From positions 1 through 64,000 of the forward strand of contig CAWGVG010000006.1 in assembly GCA_963825865.1 (NCBI GenBank): DNA of 64,000 bases, in the 5' to 3' direction. The position numbers and the translations under genes were made by a program. The notes under the pieces are model-generated. The model searched no databases, was not told where the DNA came from, and saw only the letters and a program-made list of their open reading frames with translations. This document shows, piece after piece, positions 11,056-22,119 of this stretch (positions are counted from its first letter, which is position 1; the number at the start of each line of letters is the position of its first letter). This DNA is from an uncultured Nitrososphaeraceae archaeon. Lineage in GTDB: Archaea > Thermoproteota > Nitrososphaeria > Nitrososphaerales > Nitrososphaeraceae.

Positions 11056-11337
11056 TCATTTAATGAAATCAAATTTCCGTTTGGTTGTATCTTCACTCTT
11101 TTGTTGTTCAACAGTTTTATTAAGTTGTTTTTCAAGTGATTCTAATGTTGGTTTATGTTTTTCAAGAGTCTCTATACGCTTATCTAGTTCTTTTATTCTT
11201 TGTTGCAGACTGTCAGGGGTTTTGTCTATTTGTTTAGTTAAAAATTGAGTAACATGTAATATATTGAGAAAATCCTTTCTCATTTCATCCATATCATTTT
11301 CTTGTTTAAAAACAAATTTTAGCGCATTTTCTAACAT
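11056..11337 (-). CDS. Coiled-coil hypothetical protein
   Basis: LQQRIKELDKRIETLEK heptads; last of a run of small minus-strand ORFs. Confidence 0.55.
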   Translation of the reverse strand: MLENALKFVFKQENDMDEMRKDFLNILHVTQFLTKQIDKTPDSLQQRIKELDKRIETLEKHKPTLESLEKQLNKTVEQQKSEDTTKRKFDFIK

Positions 11338-11858
11338 ATCGTTTGTAGTTCGTATTTCAGAGTAAAATTGGGTTGCTAAGATTGAAAGCTCCTAAAGGTG
11401 CAGGATTATGAGATGAGTGTGATTGTTTTAATTCCTCCTCTGCTTTTAAAAATTGTTTCCTTTTGTGTTCAAAGACTTGCTTTATTATATCAAGGTAATT
11501 AGGAATTTCAGACATTTAATTTTTCTCCTTTTACTCGTCTCTGAACCTCCTGATTTTTAACTGTTGCTTCATCTGTTATCTTTTCTTTATTATTTTGATT
11601 CTTGTTACTTTCATCAATCAATCTACTATACTTCTTACGTGTTGTTTTCATTTCATTTCTAATTAGAAGGTGTTATTTCGTTTGCAACCTGTGATAGAAT
11701 TTGTTTTGCCTCAGCGAGCAGACATGAATTGTACATTGGAGCAACATGATACCATAACGCGTACAGGCGTGTAATCCATTATCGTAATCATGTATTCAGT
11801 ATTGCAATTACTGCAAGTATTTGCACGATTAGGCTTCTTTGTTAACATGTCTTTTTTA

Positions 11859-12089
11859 TCATCTCTCCTTTATTTTCATGACCACTTTATCATGACCACA
11901 GTTTAAGCAGGTATGTAATTGCTTGACCATAAACATACCAGAATCAGATGTTTGAATAGTTTCGAGATTATCCACATGCTCGTATTCATGTAAACCAAAG
12001 CAACTATCTTCATATTCTTCTATATCATCGTCGTCGTCATATTCTGATACAACAACTAGAGATTTGTTATTGTTGTATTCTTCACGCAT
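11859..12089 (-). CDS. Small Zn-ribbon protein
   Basis: C-x3-H...C-x2-CGH pattern (CFGLHEY...CLNCGH). Confidence 0.55.
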   Translation of the reverse strand: MREEYNNNKSLVVVSEYDDDDDIEEYEDSCFGLHEYEHVDNLETIQTSDSGMFMVKQLHTCLNCGHDKVVMKIKER

Positions 12090-12177
12090 CTCTAATCAAT
12101 CCTTTGCCTTCTTAATCGCTAGCAATAATTCATTCATACCAAAAGCGCTAATTCCTATTAGTATGTAACCACCACCT

Positions 12178-12435
12178 TCACTTAACACATTTTGTAGTTC
12201 TATGCCAGTCATTGGATGTTTTACAGTAGCAATCCAATAAGTTGAACCATCTTCTTATATTGGTCAATTCTTCAATTTCTGTGTCGTCTAAATAACCCGT
12301 ATGTTCAAATGCTCTTTTCAGATTGAAACCGTAGACGTTCAATTCTCTGCTTCTCGTTCTTGTTCTTGTTATTCTTGTTCTTCCTGTTTGTTCCTTGTTG
12401 TTGCTGTTGCTGATGTTTTCTTGCTGTCTTGACAT
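12178..12435 (-). CDS. Hypothetical protein, first gene of the leftward small-ORF operon
   Basis: 85-aa ORF with AT-rich TATA-like sequence upstream (~12465-12500). Confidence 0.5.
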   Translation of the reverse strand: MSRQQENISNSNNKEQTGRTRITRTRTRSRELNVYGFNLKRAFEHTGYLDDTEIEELTNIRRWFNLLDCYCKTSNDWHRTTKCVK

Positions 12436-12522
12436 ATTCGTAGGTATAGTAAGGTATTGTTTAGATATAAAGGTATAAAGATTATATACCTATTAGTTAT
12501 ATTTACCTTAATGTCACATGAC

Positions 12523-13612
12523 AGCTTAGTCCAGTAACTCCATCTCTGTTCTGATTCTGTATCTTATGAGTAGCCTAATATTATAAATTACAACTCTTAT
12601 TCCTGTTTCTATTTTCTGCATATTCCATTTTCTGCTAGCGAGGATATCGCCAAACTTTCTTTTGAATGCGGAGTTGGTTGATTCAGCATTGCTGCGTTTG
12701 TGGTATCTATTTTTGAAAGCCACTGGATGCTCTTGTCTGAACTTCATCATGTTCTTCCATGCTTGGTGTCCCTTAGCTCTGTTTGATGCGTTGTTTTTTG
12801 GCATTAAAAAAGGTCTGCCGCCTTCTCCACTGCAAGTTCGACATTCTTCCTTGAAGAATATGCTTTATCTCCATATACATCTCCCAGTTCTCCAGTTATT
12901 CTGATAAGCAGTTTTACGAATCTGGGTGAATCATGTCTTATCGCAGAGGTCAATTCCCACGAGTAGATTGGCTTTTCTTTATGTCTGCATTCAGATGCGA
13001 GGTGTAGTTTTCTAAAGTCTCTTTTCTTGACTATGTTTGAATGGGTACGTATGGAGTACCATTGACTCTTTCTGTTTATTCTCAGTCCTGATGAGTCTAC
13101 AGATATGTGTTTCTTTGCTCTCCTCCCTCCACATCTTTTTTGAATTTAGACAGGGCAGTATCATTGAGTTTTCTGAGCAGCTTTGTACCCACTTTTCCAT
13201 ATGCTACGTGTATGGTTGATTTACTAGGAGAATACTTCAAACCCAGTTCTGTTAAGAGGTCTTTATTGCATTTTAGATGCGCTTCCATTTCTCTGTAATC
13301 CTTTCGGTGATAGTTCATCAGAAGAAGTACTAACATCATTGGTTTGAAATGATATGATATTGGCTTTCCTCCTGCATGTTTCTTTGGATTTCTGGGTTTC
13401 ATCCAGTTTGAAGGTTCTTTTACTGTGTTAACCACTTCGATGGCTATTTTGAGAAATAACCGCTCTTCATCTTTTGAAGCCCTCTCATACACAACATATT
13501 CGCCTACAGCCATCTCCTGATCATCATGCCAGAAATGGGAGTGGTCTAAGCTAAGAGGATTTAGAACAACAAGACATGACAGGAAGGTAAAAAGTAGTTA
13601 CTGGACTAAGCC
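12523..13612 (-). mobile_element. IS5-family element (IS903-like group)
   Basis: TIRs GCTTAGTCCAGTAACT at 12524..12539 and its reverse complement at 13596..13611. 9-bp TSD TCACATGAC at 12514..12522 and 13613..13621. Length 1090 bp. Confidence 0.9.
12526..13513 (-). pseudogene. IS5-family DDE transposase, frameshifted
   Basis: Fragments 13097..13513 (YREMEAHL...PSKSTI) and 12526..12804 (YHKRSNAESTNSAFKRKFG). Confidence 0.85.
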
Positions 13613-13660
13613 TCACATGACCATACGAATATATGCAAACTTGTCTTTATAGCGAATGAA

Positions 13661-13864
13661 GTGCCAAAGAAGGCTATTGCTGTCGATGTAGTTACAATTA
13701 GAGCCGCAAGAAGTGAGAGTAGAGAAGGCAAGACTGAGCCGCTTATCATTTCAATACCAAAGGAGATTGCCGATGCTGCAAAACTACAGAAAGGTGAAAA
13801 GGTTCGAATTTATACAGACGGCCATAAAGTTTACATTGATAGATTAGAAGAGCCTGAGTTATAA
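13661..13864 (+). CDS. AbrB/MazE/SpoVT family DNA-binding protein
   Basis: LIISIPKEIADAAKLQKGEKVRIY is the swapped-hairpin signature. Confidence 0.85.
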   Translation: MPKKAIAVDVVTIRAARSESREGKTEPLIISIPKEIADAAKLQKGEKVRIYTDGHKVYIDRLEEPEL

Positions 13865-13911
13865 TAATGATTTACTTGTAACAAATAGGACACTCTAATG
13901 ACTTATCAAAA

Positions 13912-14391
13912 ATGAACAATAACAGTAACAGTAGCAATAATAGTAATAGCAATAGTAAAAATATAATCGCTATTAATAATGAAGCACCATTACCTGTTTT
14001 AGAACCAGGTGAATCTGTCGTCTTTAGGAGAGATAACACAAAAGGTATCTTTCATAAACACGTTACTTCTAGAGACATAATAACAAATCATAGAGTCATC
14101 CATTGCACAGATTACAATTATTCACCGCAGATAATGCTCAGAGATTTGCAAGATGTATTAACTATGAATAGTGTTTCTACTGGCAACTATCAGTATTACG
14201 GGACTTCAGTAGGTTCTAGATATTATACTGGCACTCGTTCAAACTATGGCATAGGTACATCACAACATACAACTTCATCAGATATATTATTTATAACTGA
14301 AGGTAAACCAAAAATCATATTTTCCCATGTTCAGAACGCTCACGAAGTAGTAGCATTGACGAAATCAATGCGGAAATTAGAAGGTAGATAG
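13912..14391 (+). CDS. Hypothetical protein, possible PH-like domain
   Basis: L-x-PGE-x-V...IITNHRVI pattern resembles prokaryotic PH-like domains. Confidence 0.55.
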   Translation: MNNNSNSSNNSNSNSKNIIAINNEAPLPVLEPGESVVFRRDNTKGIFHKHVTSRDIITNHRVIHCTDYNYSPQIMLRDLQDVLTMNSVSTGNYQYYGTSVGSRYYTGTRSNYGIGTSQHTTSSDILFITEGKPKIIFSHVQNAHEVVALTKSMRKLEGR

Positions 14392-14898
14392 ATAGATGAT
14401 GATAACAAGGAAGTCTAACTAGTAAATGTTTGAAGGTAGTAAAAAGGAAAGAATTGCAAAATGGGTCCTGTCGATATCTGCTGTTGTGTTACTGGGAGTT
14501 AGTATCACAACTTTTGTGTTTACTACATTACTGATGCACCACTAGTACATACAAAGATAAACTATATTATCGTCGACTATATTTCCTAATTATATAAATG
14601 GCGATATGTCTCTAATACAATCTATAATGCGTTAATTAGAAAAATATAATATCGACAACTCCCTATAATACATCTAGGAATGGGCAAAATTATGATGCCA
14701 TTTATAATTCGAGGTAGGTAATAAAGAAAAATAATTATTGTCGTTAATAACTGCAAGCGGGTGTAATGAAGTTTGTGGCATTGTTAATTGCTTGTGGTGG
14801 CTGCGATGATAATGATTTCTTTTTTGTTATCTATCTGCCCATTCCTAATTATTAAATATATTTAGATAGATAGATATCCTCTTAACACGTGTTAATAA

Positions 14899-15315
14899 TT
14901 GTATAGACAGTCATTAGATGCAATTAATTGTGCTAGATCTATGATCAAAGTAGTCAAAGAAGGTATTAATCCAATTCTTAATCAGTCTGACTACCCTGAT
15001 ATTGGAGTCCGTATTGGAATAGATGTTGGAGAAATTGCAATAATACAATATGGCTGGGATATACATACATTGGATAAAAGGCAATTAATAGTTAAAGAAC
15101 CACATTATGACATTCTAGGACATACTATCAATGTTGCAGTAAAAATGACAGGTCTTGCAAAACCTGATAGTTTTATCATTGGTCAATCAGTATACGACAT
15201 ACTAGATGAAAAACAAAAGTCCACATTTGAAAAATTGAATGTTAATCCTAATACCTGGAGTTATTTAAATGAAAAAACAGGAAGTATATATCAGGTTTAC
15301 ATTAGCACAGCCTGA
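14899..15315 (+). pseudogene. 3' fragment of class III adenylate/guanylate cyclase
   Basis: VRIGIDVGEI, YDILGHTINVAVKM and IIGQSVY motifs are present. The N-terminal metal-binding Asp motifs are missing. Confidence 0.85.
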
Positions 15316-15754
15316 TAAACGAAAGGAAATTTAACTAATCTTCCTCGGCAGAGAAAAAAATATAGTTTTAACGGATACAAAAGTATATGAATTCTACAAA
15401 TTAATATACCGCAGCAAAAGTTGTTTGGTATTTTCTAATACATAACCACCTAAACTACAAATATCCTCAAACGGTGAGTTATCTATGTGATCCCTATAGA
15501 TGTATCTCGAAATCAAGTAACTTTCAAGATGGATTGTAATTATCTATGCAACTGCTTTGGATACATTCGTTTACTATAACTACATATAATGAAAGGAGAG
15601 GGTTATACAACCAATACTTTATCCTTCCAGTTTGGTTGACTATACATACTCGTCTACATAAATTGGTTTTAATTCATTCTTTTTATTACTTCTCTTCATC
15701 ATACGGATATATCAATTTGGATTTACCTTTGTATTCAGTAGGTCCATGATAGTA

Positions 15755-16312
15755 TCAAGAATATGCTTCATCCTTTAATTTGTCAACAGATTCTCCAGTA
15801 GGTAATGGCGCGTTTCTATCTACTTTGTATTTGAAAACTTCTGGAAAATCAACACCTACAATTACATTCATTCCAACAGCTATTATTTCAGATTTCGGAA
15901 TATCAAACCTGTAATCATGCTCTCCAAAAACAACTATTTTGTCATTTGTCTCTTTCATTATGTGCCCTAAATGATCTTCATTCTTTGTCCTTACTCCTTT
16001 GTTAAAAAGAGTCTTTGGATACTGTTTCTCATAAGTAGCCAGATCTACATTTCCGCGTGTAGTCCATGGATCTTTACGGCTTGTTGGTAATGGGTCTTGA
16101 CGGTTAACTTTATACTTATTTATGATTTCTTGTAGATTGAGGCCGATAAGCACGTTAGCACCGACTTGGTTAATTTCTGTAGTTGGGATATCGTATCTAT
16201 CATTCCTTCCACCAAAAACAACAATTTTATCAGGCGTTTCTCTTACAACATGTCCTATATCGGGAGAGTCTAATGCCTTTACCCCTTTGTTAAAATACTT
16301 TCCAGATGTCAA
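15755..16312 (-). CDS. Hypothetical protein with two tandem homologous domains
   Basis: The unit FNKGV...GH...ET.DKIVVFG...DIP..EI..VG.NV...KYKV.R..PLPT occurs twice. Confidence 0.8.
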   Translation of the reverse strand: MTSGKYFNKGVKALDSPDIGHVVRETPDKIVVFGGRNDRYDIPTTEINQVGANVLIGLNLQEIINKYKVNRQDPLPTSRKDPWTTRGNVDLATYEKQYPKTLFNKGVRTKNEDHLGHIMKETNDKIVVFGEHDYRFDIPKSEIIAVGMNVIVGVDFPEVFKYKVDRNAPLPTGESVDKLKDEAYS

Positions 16313-16613
16313 TTTAATTGATGTAATAATATTCTGGTGATGCTATTATACTTTATTTGTTGCATAAGTAAAAGACTCAAGTCATCTCTAAAAATAAAGG
16401 AATGATCTAGTTAGTCTTCTTCTCTTCATCTCTTTACACTATAACACAATGGTAGAATAGAAAAGTTACAAGAGCGAAAGTGATTATGCGGTTGTGCTGA
16501 AGGTGGCGAGAACATGTTATTACTGAATTACATATGCATATTTTTGTTTCATAAATCTATAATAATAACACAATATAATATAATATTAGAAGAAAAGAAG
16601 ATGAACAACTAGA

Positions 16614-16790
16614 ATGCCCATGCTAATGTTACAATGCAAAACCTGTGGCGAAGTCTTTCCAGGAATGTATATTCCAGAGAGAAGTACTGACGATTTTAAA
16701 TCAACTGCTACAACTGCTGATACTTCACATACCTGTTCAAGAGGGCATAAGAACGAATATGTTACAATAGATTATATGGATTGGTCTTGA
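16614..16790 (+). CDS. Small Zn-ribbon protein, 58 aa, directly upstream of hflX
   Basis: Hand-translated MPMLMLQCKTCGEVF...HTCSRGHKNEY...MDWS. The stop lies 9 nt before hflX. Confidence 0.7.
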   Translation: MPMLMLQCKTCGEVFPGMYIPERSTDDFKSTATTADTSHTCSRGHKNEYVTIDYMDWS

Positions 16791-16799
16791 GTATATATT

Positions 16800-17876
16800 T
16801 TGAATTCGGCAAAAGTAATACTGGTGACATATCCAGATGATTTTAGTCTGCATGAAGGAAAGTGCCTGGTAGAATCGTTAACAGACTATCAAATTGTAAA
16901 AGTTGTTACTCAAAAGTACCTAAATCACTCTGAATATGGTTTAGGTTCAGGTAAAGCTGAAGAAATTAAGGAATTTGTAAAAGAAAGTAATGCTGATCAG
17001 ATAATTGTTGACGAACATTTGACATCAAAACAGATTCATAATCTTGAGAAACTAACGGGGGCACAAGTAATAGATAGGGAACGACTAATACTTAACATAT
17101 TCTACTCTAGAGCTACTACAACTGAGGCAAAATTACAGATTGAACTGGCTGAAATCAAATACGAAATGCCTCGCATTAGAGAAAATGCTAAACTAGCCTC
17201 GGGAAATGAAAGACCTGGAAAAGGAGGTATGGGAGAATATGTAGTCGATGTAAAATTCCGTGATCTGAAAAGACGTATGTCTTTTATCAAAGAGAAACTG
17301 GCTGATACACACCAAAAACGTGAGCTTTATCGTAAACAAAGATTGAAAGTTGGAATGCCAGTTGTTTCACTAATAGGTTATACCAGCTCGGGAAAAACTA
17401 CGTTGTTCAACCTGCTTACATCTGAGTATAAGGAAACATCGAGTAGTTTATTTACAACACTTTCAACTACTGCTAGGTCGTTCAAAATTAATGATAGAGA
17501 TTTATTACTTACAGATACAGTAGGTTTTATAAGCAGACTTCCTCACTATATGATAGATGCATTTAAATCAACATTGGAAGAATCTCTTGTTGCTGATTTG
17601 GTTCTACTTTTAATAGATGCTTCAGAGAAGGTTGAAGATATTAGAATAAAGTACGAAAGCTGTTGGGATGTTTTAGATGATCTAAAAGTAGACAAATCCA
17701 AAGTTTTTGTAATTTTGAGCAAATATGATGATATAAGTACCGGGAAAAAAATTGAGGAAATTGCAAGTGATCTAAAGATATCAAATCCAATAGCTATATC
17801 GTCTAAGACTGGATATGGAATTCACAAACTAAAAACTATAATAGGGCACAGTACGTTGGACAAATTGAAAAACTGA
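16800..17876 (+). CDS. hflX: GTPase HflX
   Basis: IDRERLILNIF..RA.T.EAKLQIELA, G1 GYTSSGKTT, LFTTLS, DTVGFI, AFKSTLEE and ISSKTGYGI motifs. Confidence 0.95.
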   Translation: MNSAKVILVTYPDDFSLHEGKCLVESLTDYQIVKVVTQKYLNHSEYGLGSGKAEEIKEFVKESNADQIIVDEHLTSKQIHNLEKLTGAQVIDRERLILNIFYSRATTTEAKLQIELAEIKYEMPRIRENAKLASGNERPGKGGMGEYVVDVKFRDLKRRMSFIKEKLADTHQKRELYRKQRLKVGMPVVSLIGYTSSGKTTLFNLLTSEYKETSSSLFTTLSTTARSFKINDRDLLLTDTVGFISRLPHYMIDAFKSTLEESLVADLVLLLIDASEKVEDIRIKYESCWDVLDDLKVDKSKVFVILSKYDDISTGKKIEEIASDLKISNPIAISSKTGYGIHKLKTIIGHSTLDKLKN

Positions 17877-17920
17877 CATAAGAAATGCATACCTTCTTAT
17901 GAGTGTAACAACTGCAGTAA

Positions 17921-18181
17921 ATGATGGCCAATAGCGCCAAATTCATAGTTGTCGATATGGAAGACGAACAAAAAACTTTCCTTAAGAAACGAGGTTTTAT
18001 TGTATATGAAACACAGAATGGATTTTCTGTTTGGATAGGTCTTAGATCTCTGGGTAATGAAGACAGGGCTCTTTTTATAAAGCATGATGAAATGGAAGTG
18101 ATTCAAAAGTTAGGAAAGATTGCAAGAATTGATTGTAGTGATGATATAAGATTGGAAATCATCAAAAATAAAGAGCAATAA
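17921..18181 (+). CDS. Hypothetical protein
   Basis: 86-aa ORF following hflX on the same strand. Confidence 0.6.
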   Translation: MMANSAKFIVVDMEDEQKTFLKKRGFIVYETQNGFSVWIGLRSLGNEDRALFIKHDEMEVIQKLGKIARIDCSDDIRLEIIKNKEQ

Positions 18182-18463
18182 AAAATCCTGTGATGAATAT
18201 AGGAGCACTATTCAGTAAAATGATGAGGAACTTCTAGTAATCCCACGTGCAACAAGTACTAGGTCTGCTATATATAATAAAAATTATAAAAACTACATAA
18301 TAAATAAGTCTTATAGAGGCTGTTACTTTATTTGCTTTGGAGGATATATGTAATAGTCCTTCTATGGGAATGGACATTTTCACTTAAAATAAATAAGGCT
18401 TTATATCCAATATTGCAGTATTTCTTATTCTCGTAACTTTTTTCCTCTTATGCAAACGAGTTA

Positions 18464-18784
18464 TTATTGTAATTTGATTATCTCATCCCATGTTCCAGTT
18501 GCTGAGAGCATGTAGTATTTGCTGTTATCTCCAGATTCAAATTGTATGATGTCTCCAGCTGATATTTGAATTTGAAATAATTTATTTAAGAACTGTAAGA
18601 AACTAGGCCCTGCCACTATGCTCTTGGCTTCCTTTTCAAGTGGTTTATTGTGGTATTTTTGCAGTGCATCGACTAATCCCATTTTACTAATTTCTTCTAC
18701 TAGGGTTGCCAAGTCCATAAACATCGAATTTCTTTTGTAAATTCTAAGTATTGCCATTATAAAACATACACATCCATTTCTCAT
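18464..18784 (-). CDS. Hypothetical protein
   Basis: 106-aa ORF; the true start is probably a few codons downstream. Confidence 0.6.
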   Translation of the reverse strand: MRNGCVCFIMAILRIYKRNSMFMDLATLVEEISKMGLVDALQKYHNKPLEKEAKSIVAGPSFLQFLNKLFQIQISAGDIIQFESGDNSKYYMLSATGTWDEIIKLQ

Positions 18785-19829
18785 CTGATGTGAACTGCAA
18801 TATAATGTTGATCTATGCGTTTATGATGAGCTGGCATATGCATATACAGACTCAATAAAATCTCATCTTTTTTAATATCTAAAGTACTCTGTTTCTTAAC
18901 AATATTTAGGTGGTAAGTGCATTAATAAAGAGCTAATAGGAAGAGATTGTTTATACAAGATATATTACACATACAGAATCAGTTAATATAATGAATTAAA
19001 CGATTGCTAGTTTTGAATGTTAACAGATTCTGTCTTTGTAATTTCAACTTGTTTTCTAATCGCAAACGATAATTCTACCGCATAGATGTTCTTGCATTTA
19101 ACACCATAAGGTATTTTCTTTATGGTTAATCAAGGATATAGGAAAAAACTTGCGCTACCATTTTCTTCCATGCAGCGAATACATACATCGGGTCTGATCT
19201 ATACGATATATCTTCTCATAGCAACTTCAGACCTTCAGTGACTCAAAAAGAAAGACTCAGATTTGAAACTACAAAACCACAACATTGTTAGCTACTACCT
19301 GATTCAATTAGGCTAGACAAATTCTCTGCTATTAGGATTTACAACATATTATGATTTCTAACAAGAAAAGCTTAGTAATCGCGTACGGATTTTAGCATCT
19401 TTAATATTTACTAAATGTAAAAAAACTAACCGCTTGCTAAAACCGAATAGGCAAGGGGTTATGAACCAATAAGGACCCCCCTGTATATCATTTCGCAGAC
19501 CGCGGTCAATTTAAATACGTAAAATTGATTATTAGGTTTTTTGTGATATATTAGTGAAAATATCACAAAAATATCATTAATTAGAGACTAATTAATTACT
19601 ATTTCCTTTTGTGGTATATATGACATACCTCCAAAACATAGTCTCTTCTACATTGCTAAGACTAGATAATAACAATTTCAAATCTTGCTACCAAAATGTT
19701 GTTAAAAAACTCTCCTCGCAGACATACCTTCTAATTTAAAATTAAAATTAAAAGTAATCTACAATATCCTAAAAGGCTTTCTAGTTTGCTCCTACAGAGT
19801 GAGTGCTTTAAACTATTTTAAATAAAGGA

Positions 19830-20510
19830 TCATAACCCTTGTGGAAAGTCGTACGCAGAAGGCATGCTATCTGGTGGTCTTCCATAAACTATTGCTATCT
19901 CTTGATGTGGAGTTAGTTTAATATCTCTGTAATTTATTGTGCTTGGTACTTTAACACCGTTGATATATACATTTGGTGGTGCCACATCTTTTCCATTAAA
20001 GATATTATCAAATACTTGAAGATTGTTCAATTTGCTTTTCCAAAGATCAAAGAATTGCCCTAGTGTAAAATCTCTATTTATTGGCGATTCTATATGTACG
20101 ATACCAGTTCCATCGTGGGTATGCATCCAATAGATACATTTGCCAGGAATGATCCCTATTTGTGGTGGAATGTAGATAACCTGCCCGTTAACTAAGATAT
20201 CAATATGAGTATGTATGTGAAACAGAAACTGCTCTCTTACATTACATTGTATTCCATCAACCATAGTCGTCAATGGAATCGCCGAGGAGGGGGGATTTTG
20301 TGCATATGCTAAATAAGGTGCAAATACTCCAAGCCCAGATACAGTTAAAGAGATAATGGCAACTAATATGATAGACCGTATGTTGAAAAAAACAAAAAAC
20401 TTACGCGCTGGCAAGCGATGACAGTATTGTGTATGTTGTTGTAACTGCTTTATAAAACAGAACTCTTTTCTGCAGGTATCGCGTTCTACATTATCATCAT
20501 CATTAACCAT
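19830..20510 (-). CDS. Secreted His-rich putative metal-binding protein
   Basis: TM/signal segment ending AYAQ, then HIHTH, IPPQIG, CIYWMHTHDGTGIVHIE and FTLGQFFDLW. The first ~40 aa may not be coding. Confidence 0.75.
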   Translation of the reverse strand: MVNDDDNVERDTCRKEFCFIKQLQQHTQYCHRLPARKFFVFFNIRSIILVAIISLTVSGLGVFAPYLAYAQNPPSSAIPLTTMVDGIQCNVREQFLFHIHTHIDILVNGQVIYIPPQIGIIPGKCIYWMHTHDGTGIVHIESPINRDFTLGQFFDLWKSKLNNLQVFDNIFNGKDVAPPNVYINGVKVPSTINYRDIKLTPHQEIAIVYGRPPDSMPSAYDFPQGL

Positions 20511-21235
20511 CCAGAACTAGGTATCTTTATCTTCATAAATAGTTGTTGTTATGGAAAAAGTTTGATGGGAGTGACAGCGAAACAATTCCCTGAATGGTAA
20601 TTGTCTAAATATGTCAGATCAGGGATATTCGAAAATGAAGATTGACGCTGTCTTCAATTGGGATATAATTATCATCCGCATTTGTCATCACAGTCTTTTT
20701 TTTGAAATCATTATCAAATAATTTAACTAATTCTTCCTTTTCCTTTATCAGTGTTTTCAATTCTTGAACTAAACTGGTAGAACTAATTGTATTTGAAAGT
20801 CGTATCGTTCTACTTTTACTTTTTACTTTTCATTTAAACCTTTGTTTGAATATCTCTGCATGTTGAAAAAAACTAAAGATGATAAATATTACCAGTAACG
20901 TTTATAATAATTATCTTTACATATATAAAATACTCCTTTACAAAATCATGGGTATTTTATAACAATGATGATGACTTATTGGCTAAAGTGAATCAAGAAC
21001 TTGAATGTTCTAAGCAAAAATATACATACTTTGGAATTTATGCTGAAAAGAGTTTAACAATCTATCTGAAGGAGTAAGTTATTCAAGCTCCATTAAGGGA
21101 GTTCTATTCTTCTGCTCAAATGATTGTTGCGAAAACTATCTTAATACACGTGGTAGCGTAGCTGAAATGTAAAATTTGGTAGACTTAGACATGTGTAGAT
21201 TTAGATGATAGACATAGTAATATCTAAAGGAAAAG

Positions 21236-21790
21236 TTAATACCAATAGCTCTTTTCCCTTGATGGCAGAAAATGTTTCTCTACTTCATCCAATCTTTCTA
21301 TGGAACCATCATTCTTTCTAAGACTGGAAAAAGAAGAATCATTTCGAATTTTTTGTAGTAGCAATAGAACTTGTTCATTCGTAACTCCCTGCTTCATGTC
21401 ATAGCCTATTTGTCTACAAACGCTCGTTATTCTACCGTAGCGTTTATTCTGTCTTTTCTCCCACGCAGTAGCATTAACAGATAATCCCGTTACAAACTTG
21501 ACTACTGTTTTTTCCATGTGTTTAACATGCCAGTCTCTCATAGGAAAACTGTTTTGTATCAAAAAAATATCATCGTTTATAATATACGTTAAACTAACAT
21601 ATATGTGAGATGTATCGAAAGTAACAATAAAACACTGCCTTTTATCTAAGAAAGATATAATTTCAGACAATAATAGTGGATTTTTATCTTTAAGACCAGT
21701 TACTCTGAACTTATATTGATCTTTATAGATATTTTGGTAAAACCGCGCATAGCTTTCGGCAGTATGATGAGTAGCAAAAATTAGTCCCAA
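21236..21790 (-). CDS. Hypothetical protein
   Basis: 184-aa open frame with no recognised motif. Confidence 0.65.
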   Translation of the reverse strand: MGLIFATHHTAESYARFYQNIYKDQYKFRVTGLKDKNPLLLSEIISFLDKRQCFIVTFDTSHIYVSLTYIINDDIFLIQNSFPMRDWHVKHMEKTVVKFVTGLSVNATAWEKRQNKRYGRITSVCRQIGYDMKQGVTNEQVLLLLQKIRNDSSFSSLRKNDGSIERLDEVEKHFLPSREKSYWY

Positions 21791-22119
21791 GCTTTCAACT
21801 GTAGTTTTATTACCATATATGCCTGCATTTTTATATCATAATACTTTGGCAGTTTTTTAGATATCTTATTGTTAAGAATACATTTGTCAATAGAAGTTAA
21901 TATCCTTTTGCAGAGTTCAGAAGATATATGCTGCTAGATGATGATGATCTAACAATATTTGTATAAAATACCAAATACTTTTGCAAATAATGTTATCACG
22001 AATTCAAACGTCATCTATACTTTGTGTAGCTTGAATGAACTACAATAATGACAGATAAATGATTTAGGATATTTCTATATTGTCTATCATTTCATGACAT
22101 TATAACTAAAGAGTATTGA

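Noticed and set aside
13661-14391. AbrB/MazE toxin-antitoxin pair
   Set aside because: The downstream ORF has no PIN, MazF or RelE features.
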